Of a stretch of 64,000 bases of DNA, positions 37,901-50,169 are shown piece by piece. Positions within the stretch are counted from its first letter, which is position 1; each line of letters starts with the position of its first letter. Source of the DNA: Batkoa obscura (Eukaryota); assembly GCA_030770535.1 (NCBI GenBank), contig JASVEC010000026.1, positions 558,001 through 622,000 on the forward strand, written 5' to 3'. The notes under the pieces are model-generated. The model had not been told where the DNA came from. It saw only the letters and a program-made list of their open reading frames with translations, and did no database searches. A program made the translations under genes and the position numbers.

Positions 37901-40900
37901 ATATGGATATTAATATTGATCAAAGTAAATTGGAACTAAGTAAAGATCCTAATCATCCATTAGATTTATATACTATTGATAGTCAAGATATCACTAAAAA
38001 GAATGTTATATTAAAAGATATTGGTCAATTTACAATATCGGGTATTTATTTAATTGCTTCTTCTTATAAAAAAGAACAATTATTAATTAAAGTAGCTAAA
38101 TCAAATCTTAAATTTTCTGATGCTAAATTCCCCCCAATGATGGAAATTTCAAGTGACGGTTTTATTATTCATGAATCTGAAAATTCAGATGGAAGTTCTA
38201 TAATGTTAACACTTTCTAAAGTATCTTTTGAAAATACAACAACGCCTACTTTTGGTATCTCTCAATTACCTATTGGTTCTTTGTTTACTTCTAATTTTGA
38301 TGGTACAGCTTATTCCCTTTCATTACCCGATTTAAGAGTAAATTCCAAAGGGATTGTTGATTTAGAACAAGTGTTAGGTATTCAAGGGATGATCTTAGCC
38401 AATCAAGTAACTAGTATGGATGAAAATAAAAATCCAATAGCAAAAACAGTAATATCATATGATAATGGAGCTACTTGGAATTATATTCAACCACCTAAAA
38501 AAGATATTGATGGTAAAGAATATGATTGTTTAGAACTTGGTTGCTCCTTACATTTACATACTATTTATGAAAATCATCAACAATTAGGTTCTTTTGGTAA
38601 TCAAAATTCAAAAGGACACATGATTGCTGTTGGGAATGTTGGACAAACTTTGTTACCTTATGAAGAGTGTCAAACTTATCTTACATTAGATAATGGGGTT
38701 ACTTGGAATGAAATTAAAGCTTCAGAATCATTATATGCTATTGGTGATAGTGGTAGTATTTTAGTATTAGTAGATGATGAAGCACCTACAAATACTTTAA
38801 TTTATAGTTTAGATGGTGGTAAAAAGTGGAATAAATATATGTTTTCAAATGATCCAATTAAACCAACACATTTATTAACAGCATCCAGTGGAGAATCATT
38901 AAGGTTTTTAATTATTGGATTTTCAAGTGAACATGATAGTTCAAAAGCTTCGGCTGGTCATAAATCACAAGTTGTTACAGTTGACTTTTCAGAGTTGTTT
39001 GAACGTAAATGTAAGTTCTTTTTTTATTAATTTAATTTTATAAAGGTTAATAATAATAATTTTTTAGGTGAATTTGATGAACTTAAATGGAAAGATTTTG
39101 AAAAATGGATACCAGAGAGAGTAGTTAGTTATAAAGATAATAAACCAACTACGTCCAAATGTTTATTGGGAAGTAAATTAAGTCTATGGCGTAAAAAGAT
39201 AGGAACCAATTGTTATGTTGGAGAAAATAGTGCTAGTAAAGAAATAAATATGGAAAGTTGTGAATGTAATGAACAGGATTATGAATGTGATGTGAATTAT
39301 TGGCGTAGTGAAATGGGCTTTGGAGAATGTTTATTATTTGGTAAAGATCCTGATCGACCAAAAGATTGTAAACGAGGGGAAAAATATAAAGCAAAATCAG
39401 GGTATAGAAAAATTGCTACTAGTCATTGTAAAGGTGGTAAAGATTTAAGTCAACCTATTGAAAAAGAATGTTTAGATTTTAATGGAATTGATATGAAACA
39501 AACAGTATTTGACAGTGAAATGGCAGAAAATTTTTATTTTAGAGAATCATTTACTATTGTTATTAGAACAAATGATGGTGAAGTACATATTTCTAAAAAT
39601 GAAGGGTATTCTTTTCATAAATTAATTGATAAAGAGCATGATAAAATTATATCCGCTATGCACCATACTTATATTGACAATACAGCTTATTTCGTTACCT
39701 TATCCAATACTCATTATTATACTCATGATGAAACATTAACAATTAATTCGTTCAAAACACCTACAGAACCTAATGGCTTTAGTATTCCCTTTTTTTCATT
39801 TCATCCAGAAGAACCAAGTTGGGCCATCTTTACAGGAACTAAAGGGTGTGATAAAAGCTTTTCAGATAGCTGTCGAGCTGAAGCTTATTTAACAAAAGAT
39901 AATGGAGCTACTTGGAAAAGTTTAGGAGATTATGTAAGAAATTGTCAATTTGCTAAAACGAAACATTTAACAAATGTACCCAAAGAAAGGATTTTATGTG
40001 AAACTTATAAAGATAGATCAGGTTCTCAAAGTGCGTTTATTAGTAACCCAGTTTTACTTAAGTATTCGGATGATAATTTTGAAACCTCAAAGACCTTATT
40101 TGAAAATATCATTGGGTTTTCATTCTTTTATGAATTTATGGTAGTTGCTGAAAGTGATCCTGATTTTAAGGGTAATTTGATTCTTAATGTTTCTAAAGAT
40201 GTAGAACATTTTAAACATGGTCGATTTCCATTGAATCTTACTATAGCTTCGGATGGATTTACTGTATTAGAATCCAATACTCATAGTTTGTTTTTACATA
40301 TTACTTCTCCTGGTCAAGGTTATGGTCCATTATTGATATCCGATAGTAATGGTACTCGATTTACTAAAAGTTTGGATAATTTAAATCGAGATGACGATGG
40401 CTTTGTTGATTTTGAAAAAATGGCTGGTATTGAAGGGGTTGCTTTAGCGAATCAAGTATTTAATAGTGAAGAAGTTAAATTAACTAAAATTAAAAAAATT
40501 CAATCAAGAATTACATTTAATAATGGTAATAGGTTTTTATTATATGAATTAATTAATTAAATTATTGATAAATGAATGATTAGGTGCCACTTGGGAGAGA
40601 TTAACAGTAAGAGGAAAAGATAGTAAAGGGGAAATTTTTAATTGCAAAGTAAATTAATTTTAATTGTTTTGTATAAAATAGATTAAGTATCCTTTTTTTA
40701 CTTAGGGTCCGGAATGTGGGTTACATTTACATAGTTTCACTGAAAGATCAGATCCCGAAAACATTTTTTCCATTCCAGCCGCTGTAGGTATGATGGTAGG
40801 TGTTGGTAATTTTGGGAAAGAACTTGGAGAATATATGAATGGAAATACTTTTTTCACGAACAATGCAGGTAAGCATTGGAGTGAAATAGCCAAGGGTCCC

Positions 40901-42363
40901 TATCGCCATGAATTTGGTGATTCAGGTGGTGTTATTATGTTAGTTAAAGATGGGGATGCCACTGATGAATTGTTATATTCTAAAGATATGGGGTTGAGCT
41001 TTCAAACTTTAAAATTTCCAAAAGATTTTGAAAAAGTTAAGGTACTGGAAACGAGTATTGAACCACAATCTACCTCACTAAGATTTTTGATTTTGGGTCA
41101 TTCTAATAACAAACAGTTTGTGGTTACTCATGTTGATTTTTCTGGGTTACAGGATAGAAAGTGTAAGTTTTAAAGTTTTTTACCAGTGATTTTATTAATG
41201 ATAACTGCTATTAGGTATTGAAGATAATGATAGTGATAAAAGTGATTTTGAAACTTGGAGTCCATCCACGGTTCGTGGTACTAAATGCTTTTTCGGGCAT
41301 GAAGTAATTTCTAATAATTTTAAAATTTAAAATTATTTTTAATGATCTATTTTTTAGTTAACTTATTATCGCCGTAAAAGAGAACGAAAATGCTTTATTG
41401 GACGTAAATTTATGGATCCTATTACTGAAGAAAATGTATGTGAATGTACGGATTTAGATTATGAATGGTAAGTATTTTATAAAAAATATTATTTTGAGGA
41501 TAACAAATTGATAATTGTATTTTGATTTTAGTGATTTTAATTTCCAAAAAGATAAGAATGGACGCTGTGTTTTAATTTCTGGTAAAGATATACCAAAAAC
41601 TTTATGTGAAAATGGAGTATTTTCTTATAATATATCTTCTGGGTAACTAAATTTTATTATTATTTTATATTTAAGAATTATATATTAATTATATATACAT
41701 AGTTATCGTAAAATTGCTATGTCTCAATGTAAAGGTGGTAAAGATTTAAGTTTGCCTAAAGAAGGTTGGTGTCCAGGTAATATTGAATTTTAATTGAAAT
41801 AGTGTTAATGAATATAATTAATGATATAATAATTAGGTCATGGATTATCAGGTATAGGGATATTTTTTATTGTATTAATACCCTTGATTGGGTTAATTGC
41901 TTTATTATATGGATTTATTATTCGAGGTTCTAATCGTAGAGGAATGGATTGGTAAGTTATTTTAAATTATTATTATTACTATTATTTAACAATTATATAA
42001 TATTTATTTATTAACAGGAAACGTATTTATCATGTATTATCCCCTTACCTCTGCTTTTTACCAGCTTTAATAGTGGAATTAGTTTATGGACAAGGAAGCC
42101 ATGGTCTTAGACAACGATTATTTGGTAATCGTGGTGGTTATAGACGTGGTTATGAATATGAACCAGTAGCTCAATACGATTATGATTATGAATTAGATGA
42201 TGAATTTATTGATGGACCTGCAGAAATTGAATTGAATGAAGAAGAAGAAGAGGATGATTATCAAGATTTTGTGGGTGCTACAACAGATAATAATATTAAT
42301 ATCGATAATAATAATAATTTGGAAATTGATTTTGATGAAGATGAAGAAGATGGTTTGTTGTAA
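34917..42363 (+). CDS. VPS10: Vacuolar sorting receptor VPS10/sortilin family, ~2,200 aa with three Vps10 modules (about 14 exons)
   Basis: Signal peptide; BNR/Asp-box repeats (S.D.G.TW); three copies each of G.VD.E...G.....L.N, C.LHLH, GVGN.G and C.C...D.ECD; one TM helix near 41850-41920; acidic Tyr-rich tail. Confidence 0.92.
36030..36115. repeat. (TTTTA)n microsatellite inside a VPS10 intron
   Basis: About 17 pentamer units read directly. Confidence 0.9.
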
Positions 42364-42672
42364 TTTTTTTATTAGTGTTTAATACTATGAACTCTCTTTT
42401 TTTTAAATAAAATATATCATACTATTTTAATATAAATTTAAATTAGTATAAAAATTAAAGTATAAAGTATAAAATTGGAAATATAAAAAGGAAATACTGT
42501 TTTTATATGAGATACTATATTTTTATAAAAAATTAAAAATAAAATTAAAATTAAAACAAGATAAATATTATATCAAACAACATCCATTTCAAACAAAACC
42601 TATATCCAATTACTTTTTTTAAACATATTCAAGCATTATAACTTAAATTAAGCTACTAAAAGAAAGATCAAC

Positions 42673-45600
42673 TTAATTATTCAATCCATTGTTTAATTGA
42701 AAGTAAGTTCTAAAGATTGGATCTTTTGATAAAGTGGGATGTTTAGCTAAAGTATAATAAGCATGTAATAACAATCTAGGATATCTGTTTAAAAAATAAT
42801 TTAAATATCCCTCTGGTAATGGTCCATACGCTCTTTTAACAAAGTTAGGTAAATCCTGATAGTGATGTTTTTTATTCCTAATAACTCTTAATAAATCTTT
42901 AAGTTTACTACCATCATATCCCCTATATCGATGTAAATCATTTAATACTCTATTGTCCATTCTTTTTTGCCAATCTTCACCAATAACTAATTCTGCTCCA
43001 ATTTCAATATCTTCTAATCTTTCTCCTCGGTATCCTGTTTTTGCTTCCGCTTCTAATTGATCAGAAATATCTTGTAAAAATGCTAATTTTTTATTAGCTC
43101 CCCAAAAGTAAGGATGAATTAATACTGAACCTGAATCAGGTCGATGTGCTGGATCGGGATGAATCATTTGAGTAATAAGATCATGTGCTTCTGCTTTAAA
43201 TTCAATATCAGTGTTATTTAACAATTCAATCAATTCCGATTTGCCTTCAATAACTCTAGATTCTCTAGCATATTTACCACCAAATGGATGTTGACCATTC
43301 GTTAATACATAATAAAATACACAACCTGCTGAAAAGATATCTACTGCTCTAGTAATTCTACCTTTTGACTTTTTACTTTCTTCTCCTAAGGGTGGGGGCA
43401 ATGTAATTGAACTAGAGCTAGAGTCTAAATTAGAGGAAGAGGAATGCTCATTTAATAAAGCTGGATCACTTAATTCTTTTGCAATAGTTGAATTCATTAA
43501 TATCTCAGGTGCTCTCCATCCCATTGTACCTGCAGCTGCACCCGAAGCTAATGTATTATGGAATGAACTTTGATCTTCTTCTAATTTTTTACATAAACCA
43601 AAATCGGATATTAATACCCTTGGTGGTCGATCTTGACCAAATCGATCTTTACTACATGCAATTAAAATATTATGGGGTTTAATATCCCGATGAACTATTT
43701 TTAAACTATGCAAATGATGTAAACCAACCATTATTTGATATAACATATCCTGTGGTGTAATTGCACATTTAAAAGATAATTTTGATGGATCTTGAATTAA
43801 TCCATATAATGAAGTGGGACATAATTCTAAAGCTAAATACATAAATTGTTCACATCTTTCCATACAATAATATCTAACTACATTAGGATGACTATCACTA
43901 TCTTCTAAAGTATTTACTTCATGTTCAGCTATTTGTACTAAATCTTTTAACATCCTTTTAACTGCTACATCTCTACCTTGAAATTGACCTTTATAAACAA
44001 TAGTACCATGAGAACCATAACCTAATACTTCAGGAAATACAGTAATTGTATTAATAATTGTACTACCATCTTCTTTGTACTGTGCTTTAACTGGACCTGA
44101 TACTTTAAAATGATCTTTATCTTCTTTATTCTTTTTACTGTTTCTTGATTTGGCTTTTTTACGAGATTCATCCACTTTTTTAAAGATTTGGTTATTTTCT
44201 AATTCTTTATAACCACAGATAGCCAATATAGTGCCTACTGAAAACCATAATACTCTTCGCCAATTATACTTTGATTCTTCATCTTCATTATTATTATTAT
44301 TATTATTATTGGTTCCATTTTCTTCTTGATTAATTGATAAAGTTAAATGAATAGCATCATGATCATATTGATAAATATGTGGATAAGCCATAACTATCTG
44401 TTTATCATTATCCTTATTAGCTTTTGGTTCACTAAATTTAGATAAGCCCATATAAGGAAAGGCTTTTGATGATAATACATAAAAAGAATCTCGATGTCTA
44501 CCAACAAAAGCAGATTCATCTTGATTATTAATAGATATACCAGAAGGTATTTCAAGTTCTGAAAAATTTAATGATCTTGCTACTAATGTACTATGTTTGG
44601 CTTTGGGTGTAGTCATATTCTCTTCAATCAATACATCAAAGGCGTAGATTACTGGAGAGGCAAATGCATTTACATTAAGAATGGATTTTTCTTTTTGTAC
44701 ATCATTAGGTCCTCCTTTAATTATATCCGCTTTTTTATCCGATATAAATTCCCTAAATGTAACAGTCCAAATAAGATTATTTGTTAAACTATCAATGACT
44801 TCAACTTCATAATCGGTTAAGCCAACAACAAGGGCACCAGAATTGGAATTAATACCATAAGAAAAATAAGTACTCGGAACTGAATTAGTTAAAGGAGTTG
44901 GATTAGGATGATTTAAAATAGCCCCATTCATAGGATTAATAGTCACAAAAGAAGATTTTTTACTAGCTGTATATTGTCTACCATATTCACTGTAAGGCAT
45001 TTTTTCGACTAGTTTTTTAATTGGCGAAGCTAATGGACAAAGTTGATTATTTTTACCACTATAATATAAATTACCATCACCTCCCGGTTCAGGTAAATAA
45101 AAGATATCATCTGTTAGTGGTTTTCCTCCTAATTCTTCAAAAGTATCAAAACTTCCTTCTTCATCTAAACTTGGTTCTTCTTCAGATACAACATCCCCAA
45201 GGGTTCGATTTTTAAATATAAAATCACTAGTGACTAAAGGTATACCAAGGTCTTTTTGGGACCAAAGTATTGCACCTGTAGATGCCTCAACTCCATGTAA
45301 AGTGCCATCCACAGTAGCTACTAATAATAAACCACTATTGGAAAATTTCAAATGGTCCGTATCCGGTACATAATCTCTACGAGATAAATTATTTAAACTT
45401 GGATTAATTGGTTTTCGATGAGTGTTTAAAAATTCTAAACCATGTTCAGGATCATCATCATCCAATTTTGAATCAATAGCTATTAATTCAGTTATCTCAT
45501 TGTTTACGTTTTGAGCATAAGCAGCAAGACATTTCCAGGTAAAATCAGTGGCTAAAAAAGCAAATAAAAATAGCCAAAATATCAGGATCATCCTATATTA

Positions 45601-45674
45601 ATAGTTAATTAAAATTTGATTGTTTATTTGTTAAATTACCTGATATAATTATAAGAGTGAAGGGCAATCAACAT
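42673..45674 (-). CDS. IRE1: ER stress sensor kinase/endoribonuclease IRE1 (one probable short 5' exon plus a 2.9-kb exon)
   Basis: Luminal LLLVATVDGTLHGV; TM segment; kinase LGYGSHGTIVYKG, SDSHPNVVRYY, HRDIKPHN, ISDFGLCKKL; KEN domain DLLRVIRNKKHHY. ATG 45674 splices in frame to 45592; ATG 45591 is an alternative start. Confidence 0.95.
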
Positions 45675-46649
45675 AAAATTTTGAAATTAAAATTTGATAG
45701 CCTTTTTGAGGGAATTTAAAGATATCTTAAGTGACTATAAATTCCAGTTAAAAGGCTTAATTTATTTTTTGTAAGTAGTTGTTAATTGTAAGTATATATT
45801 TTTTTTCCTCTTAAATCTCGCTTGTGTTTGTATAATAGCTATTATTTTTGTATTCAATTGAGTCCGTTCGATTGTCAAAATAAAATAAGAAACTTTCAAT
45901 TTCGTTATTGTTTCTTATCTCCAACTTTTCCAGTAAAACTTTTTAGTTGACTCTGAATTTTTGGCCTCATTTGAGTTATGACATGAAATAGCCAATTAAA
46001 TCCAAACTTGTAGATTAAGTTGATTTAATTCTACTGTTGATTGGTAAAATAGAAATCATAACTTTAATTAAAACCATAAAAAGAGAATAGTTTTATTTGA
46101 CATACTTTGCTCTTAAAGATAGTATATGATAAAGTAAGCTTTGTGGAAATAATCAATAGATCTCCGTTAATAAAGTTGTAGTTGTAGTTGTAGTTGTAGT
46201 TGTGTAGGATGTGTTAGTAATAACTGATTTACTTTGAAATTTAAATAGATTTATCTAGGATTTATTTAAATTAAATTAGATCATAAAACCAGTTTATTAA
46301 TAACTTTCTATTTAAATTATTAAATTATTAAATTTTAAGTTTTAAACAGTAAAAAATAACAATTGGCATTTATTTTTAAATATTTATTGATAGAAATAAA
46401 TAATAGTTATTTTTGTTAATATTCTAAAATTCATAATAATAAATTATTATATTGTCTTTTGTAATTGCTATATTTGAAATTAGGTGACAATGGATTAATT
46501 GTATTGAATCGTAAATTTGCTGATTTTATTGTACTTTGTATAATTTTTTATACTTTTGGATTAAATAAGTCACAGTATTCTTTTTATTTAATATTAGTAA
46601 TAAAATATTATTGTAAAGTCTGAACTGACTAGTGGTAGTATCAATTATA

Positions 46650-46749
46650 TGTGGAGGTGTTTTTTTTGACTTCATTACTTTTTCCATCTTTTAAGCGCTA
46701 TTTTAGCAGAGAGATTGTTAGAATTCTCAAGTATAAAAGTACATCCCCA
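46650..46749 (+). mobile_element. MITE family A, copy 12
   Basis: Family internal sequence; ends TACATCCCCA. Confidence 0.8.
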
Positions 46750-47033
46750 TGTATTAGTTTATAGCTCTATTATTATATTAAATGACCGAATGTTATGAGC
46801 TATTTTATGAAGTAAGCTTAATATCTAGAGCGAGAAAATAGAATACCTTGATAATGAAATAGACAGTATAAAAGCTCATAATATAAAAAATTATAAACTA
46901 AAAGAGCAAGTTAAAAGATGTTATTTCTAGTTAAGTTTAATTAAAGCAAATTAAAAATATTTTAAACCGAGTTGTTTTAAATAACTTGATTTCGAACCTT
47001 GATTCAAATTGAAGTACATTATTTTCCAATGCA

Positions 47034-47134
47034 TGAGGATGCTTTTTTTGGGTTCATTACTTTTTCCATTTATTAAGCGCTATTTGAGTGGAAAGATTGC
47101 TAGTAAAATTCTTAAACGAAAAAATACATCCCCA
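47034..47134 (+). mobile_element. MITE family A, copy 13
   Basis: Family internal sequence; ends AAATACATCCCCA. Confidence 0.8.
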
Positions 47135-47869
47135 CATTCTTACCAAAAAGAAGCAGTTCTTTTCAAAAACTGTTTAAAAATATTCAAAAATGAGTTTCTA
47201 AAATGCTTGTTTTTTTTCCACTTTTAGTTTGAAATCTGCTTTAATAATCAGAAGCTTTTGTTCAATTTGTTTTATCCTTTTGAGAAAATTCATATTTTTT
47301 TCAAAAATATATTGTGAGAAATTAAATTTGCTATAAAATTCGAATTTTACTACAATCACTTCATAAATTAGCTCCATCTTTGAACATAATAATTTGGTAA
47401 TATAAACCTAAACCAAATCATATACAAAGTATAATAGTTGTATTTTGTAACACAATATGTTAAAAGGTTGTATGTAATATATCGATATACTTATATCGAA
47501 TAATAAAACTTACTATTTACAATTTATTAATCACAAAAGATTCACAAATCAACCCAATACGATAATTAATATTATGAAATTGGTCCATTATAGTAAGAAA
47601 GGTAAAATAAGGCAAGTTTAAAAATTATATTTGAAAGTTCTGTTGCACATAAAATGTCCATGCCAGAAAATAAAATAAAAACCAAAACTTACAGCTTATT
47701 ATTTACAAAGATTTGAACCCCAATCCAATCCAATATAATACGATATTTATTTCGAAATTATTCAAGGCTACAACATAAATTCATTTTTACTTTGTATTTA
47801 AGCTCAGCTACGTTTATTAAACTTTGAGAAAGCTATACAATCAAATAACAATATTCTTTTTAATCAAGA

Positions 47870-48298
47870 CTAGAAACTTCCACCAATTTGCTCAACCATA
47901 ACATCAATGGTATCTCCATCTTCCATTTCAAGCTAACATTAAAATTGTTATTTTTATTATTCTTAATCAGCAAGAGTTTTAAAACTTACATCAACTGGTG
48001 TACTTGTACCTTGGATACGTACACCATCATATAAGAAACGAACTGTTGTAGAATCTTTACCAGCACGAGTACAATAAGCGTCCATCAATTTTTTTAATGG
48101 TGTATTTCGTTTAATTTTAAATTGAACTTCATTTTGGTCCTAAAAATTATCATTAGCATTCAAAATTCACATCTCAATTCAATAAAAAATATTTACACTT
48201 CCAACTACTTTTAAATTGATATGTTCTTTGGAGGTTTCTTCGCTGCCTTGACCTTCAATAATTTTCTTTTCATCTTTTGGTTGTTGTTCGTTATCCAT
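47870..48298 (-). CDS. SMT3: SUMO (three exons; absent from the ORF track)
   Basis: EHINLKVVGS/DQNEVQFKIKRNTPLKKLMDAYC...VRFLYDGVRI..TSTPVD/LEMEDGDTIDVMVEQIGG-SF*. Confidence 0.95.
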
Positions 48299-50169
48299 TT
48301 TTTTCAAAAGTTACAATCCGTTTCCCCCTTTTCACTCAAAACTCCTTTTTAAAGTCTTTTGAGACATTACTTATGGGATCCTGGGTGCTTAATCTTAGCA
48401 TGAGATCATCGGATCTAAAAATAGATTATATGATCGAATTGTGAGCTCATAATTTACCTAATTTGGACATTATTGACGTTTTTAGTATATTGCTTTTTAT
48501 TATTATTGATGTTATTTTATTGACTTCTAAAGTATAGTGGTTGATATAGAGCTGTAGCTTTTAAAAGAAATTGCAAAGTTTTATATTATGTTAAATTTAT
48601 TATATTAAATTTATTATAGTAAATGAAACTCAATAAAAGAGTCTGCCCAAAATTTATATTTAATTAAATATAACTAACTTAGCTATTGTGATAATTTATG
48701 ATTGATTGCTTAACTTTAAATATTACATGTTTTTAAATTTTAATATAACATGTATTTAGCAATAAATATAAATATATCTATTTTTATAAAATAAGCAGTT
48801 AATTTTATTTAAAAATTAACATTAATTAAGTTAAATAAATATTTATAAAAAGATACAACAATATATAAACTATCAATAAAATACTGTAATTGTTTTTAAG
48901 TTGATTATAAAAATTACTAGTATTAAGTTATATCCTTACTTTATATTAATAAAAATATTGTATTTTTGTATTTTACTTTATATCTAAATTTTTATTTTTA
49001 AAATATTTTATTAACCATGTTTAAAAATATTGTAACTTTAATTCAAGTTGGCATACGCTATAAAGATAATGAATACATATTATAAAGTTAGAGATTTTTT
49101 ACTTATAATTTTTAAAATATTATCTATAGATATGATTCAACATTAAACCTTATGTAAATTTATAAATAATAATACTCACTTTAATCCCACTAACATTTAT
49201 TAAAATAGATTAAAAGAATAGCTCATCTTTATTATTATCCCAACTTTTTAAACCAAATTAGGATTCGGTATAATAGAAACATTTATAAAAATAAGCCAAT
49301 ATTCATATCAAAAGCAATAAAAAATAAAGTAGTTTCAAATGTAACTAGTCATATTTCCCAGGTTTATTGTTTTAATAAGCAAAATACTTAGCTTAAATTG
49401 ATTTTTTACAATATGAATCGGAAAATTCTTTTTTTTTGCACTTTATTAGTATCAGTCTAGACTTTTACGCTATTGTTATCAGATGAGCTGAGTTTAAAAT
49501 TTATTAAATACACCTAATTTGGAAATAAAGAACACCAACATTTGCTTTAATAAAGGTTTTTGAGAGCATTAGATTAATATAATATTGATAAAGCTTTTAA
49601 ATAGCCCTTTAAAATCCTTGTTCGTGTAAATTTTTATATTGAGTTGATCAACGTACTAAACTTATAATTTATTCCATATTTTATTCTTGTTAAATACTAT
49701 ATTTGATAATATTGTCGGCATAAAGCCACAAAGTAGCTAAAAGACATAAAAAAAGCTCAAGTGTAAATATTAAAAAAGCGCATATAACCATAAACATTGT
49801 TTAGTTAGTAAACAAGATTAAAAAAGTAACTATATTATTATAAAAGTAAATTTGATAGCGTTTTTTAATTATCCAAACTCATATTTATTATTAGTAAGTA
49901 TAGTTCTAATAGTTAAGGCTAAAGCTTCATTCCCTATAAATAGTAATTTAAATGGTTTGATACTGCTATGTGTAAATGAAGTTTTTTAATTAATTAATTA
50001 ATTAATATACTCATTTGTATACTAACCTGTATAATAATAAGATGCGCCATTTCGCATAAATCAGCATGCATTGTTTTATGTTTATTTAATATACTTTATT
50101 AAAATAGTGGAATAGAAGTAGTATATAATAAAAATAGAAAGAACAAAATCATTAAAAAGCAAATTGACA

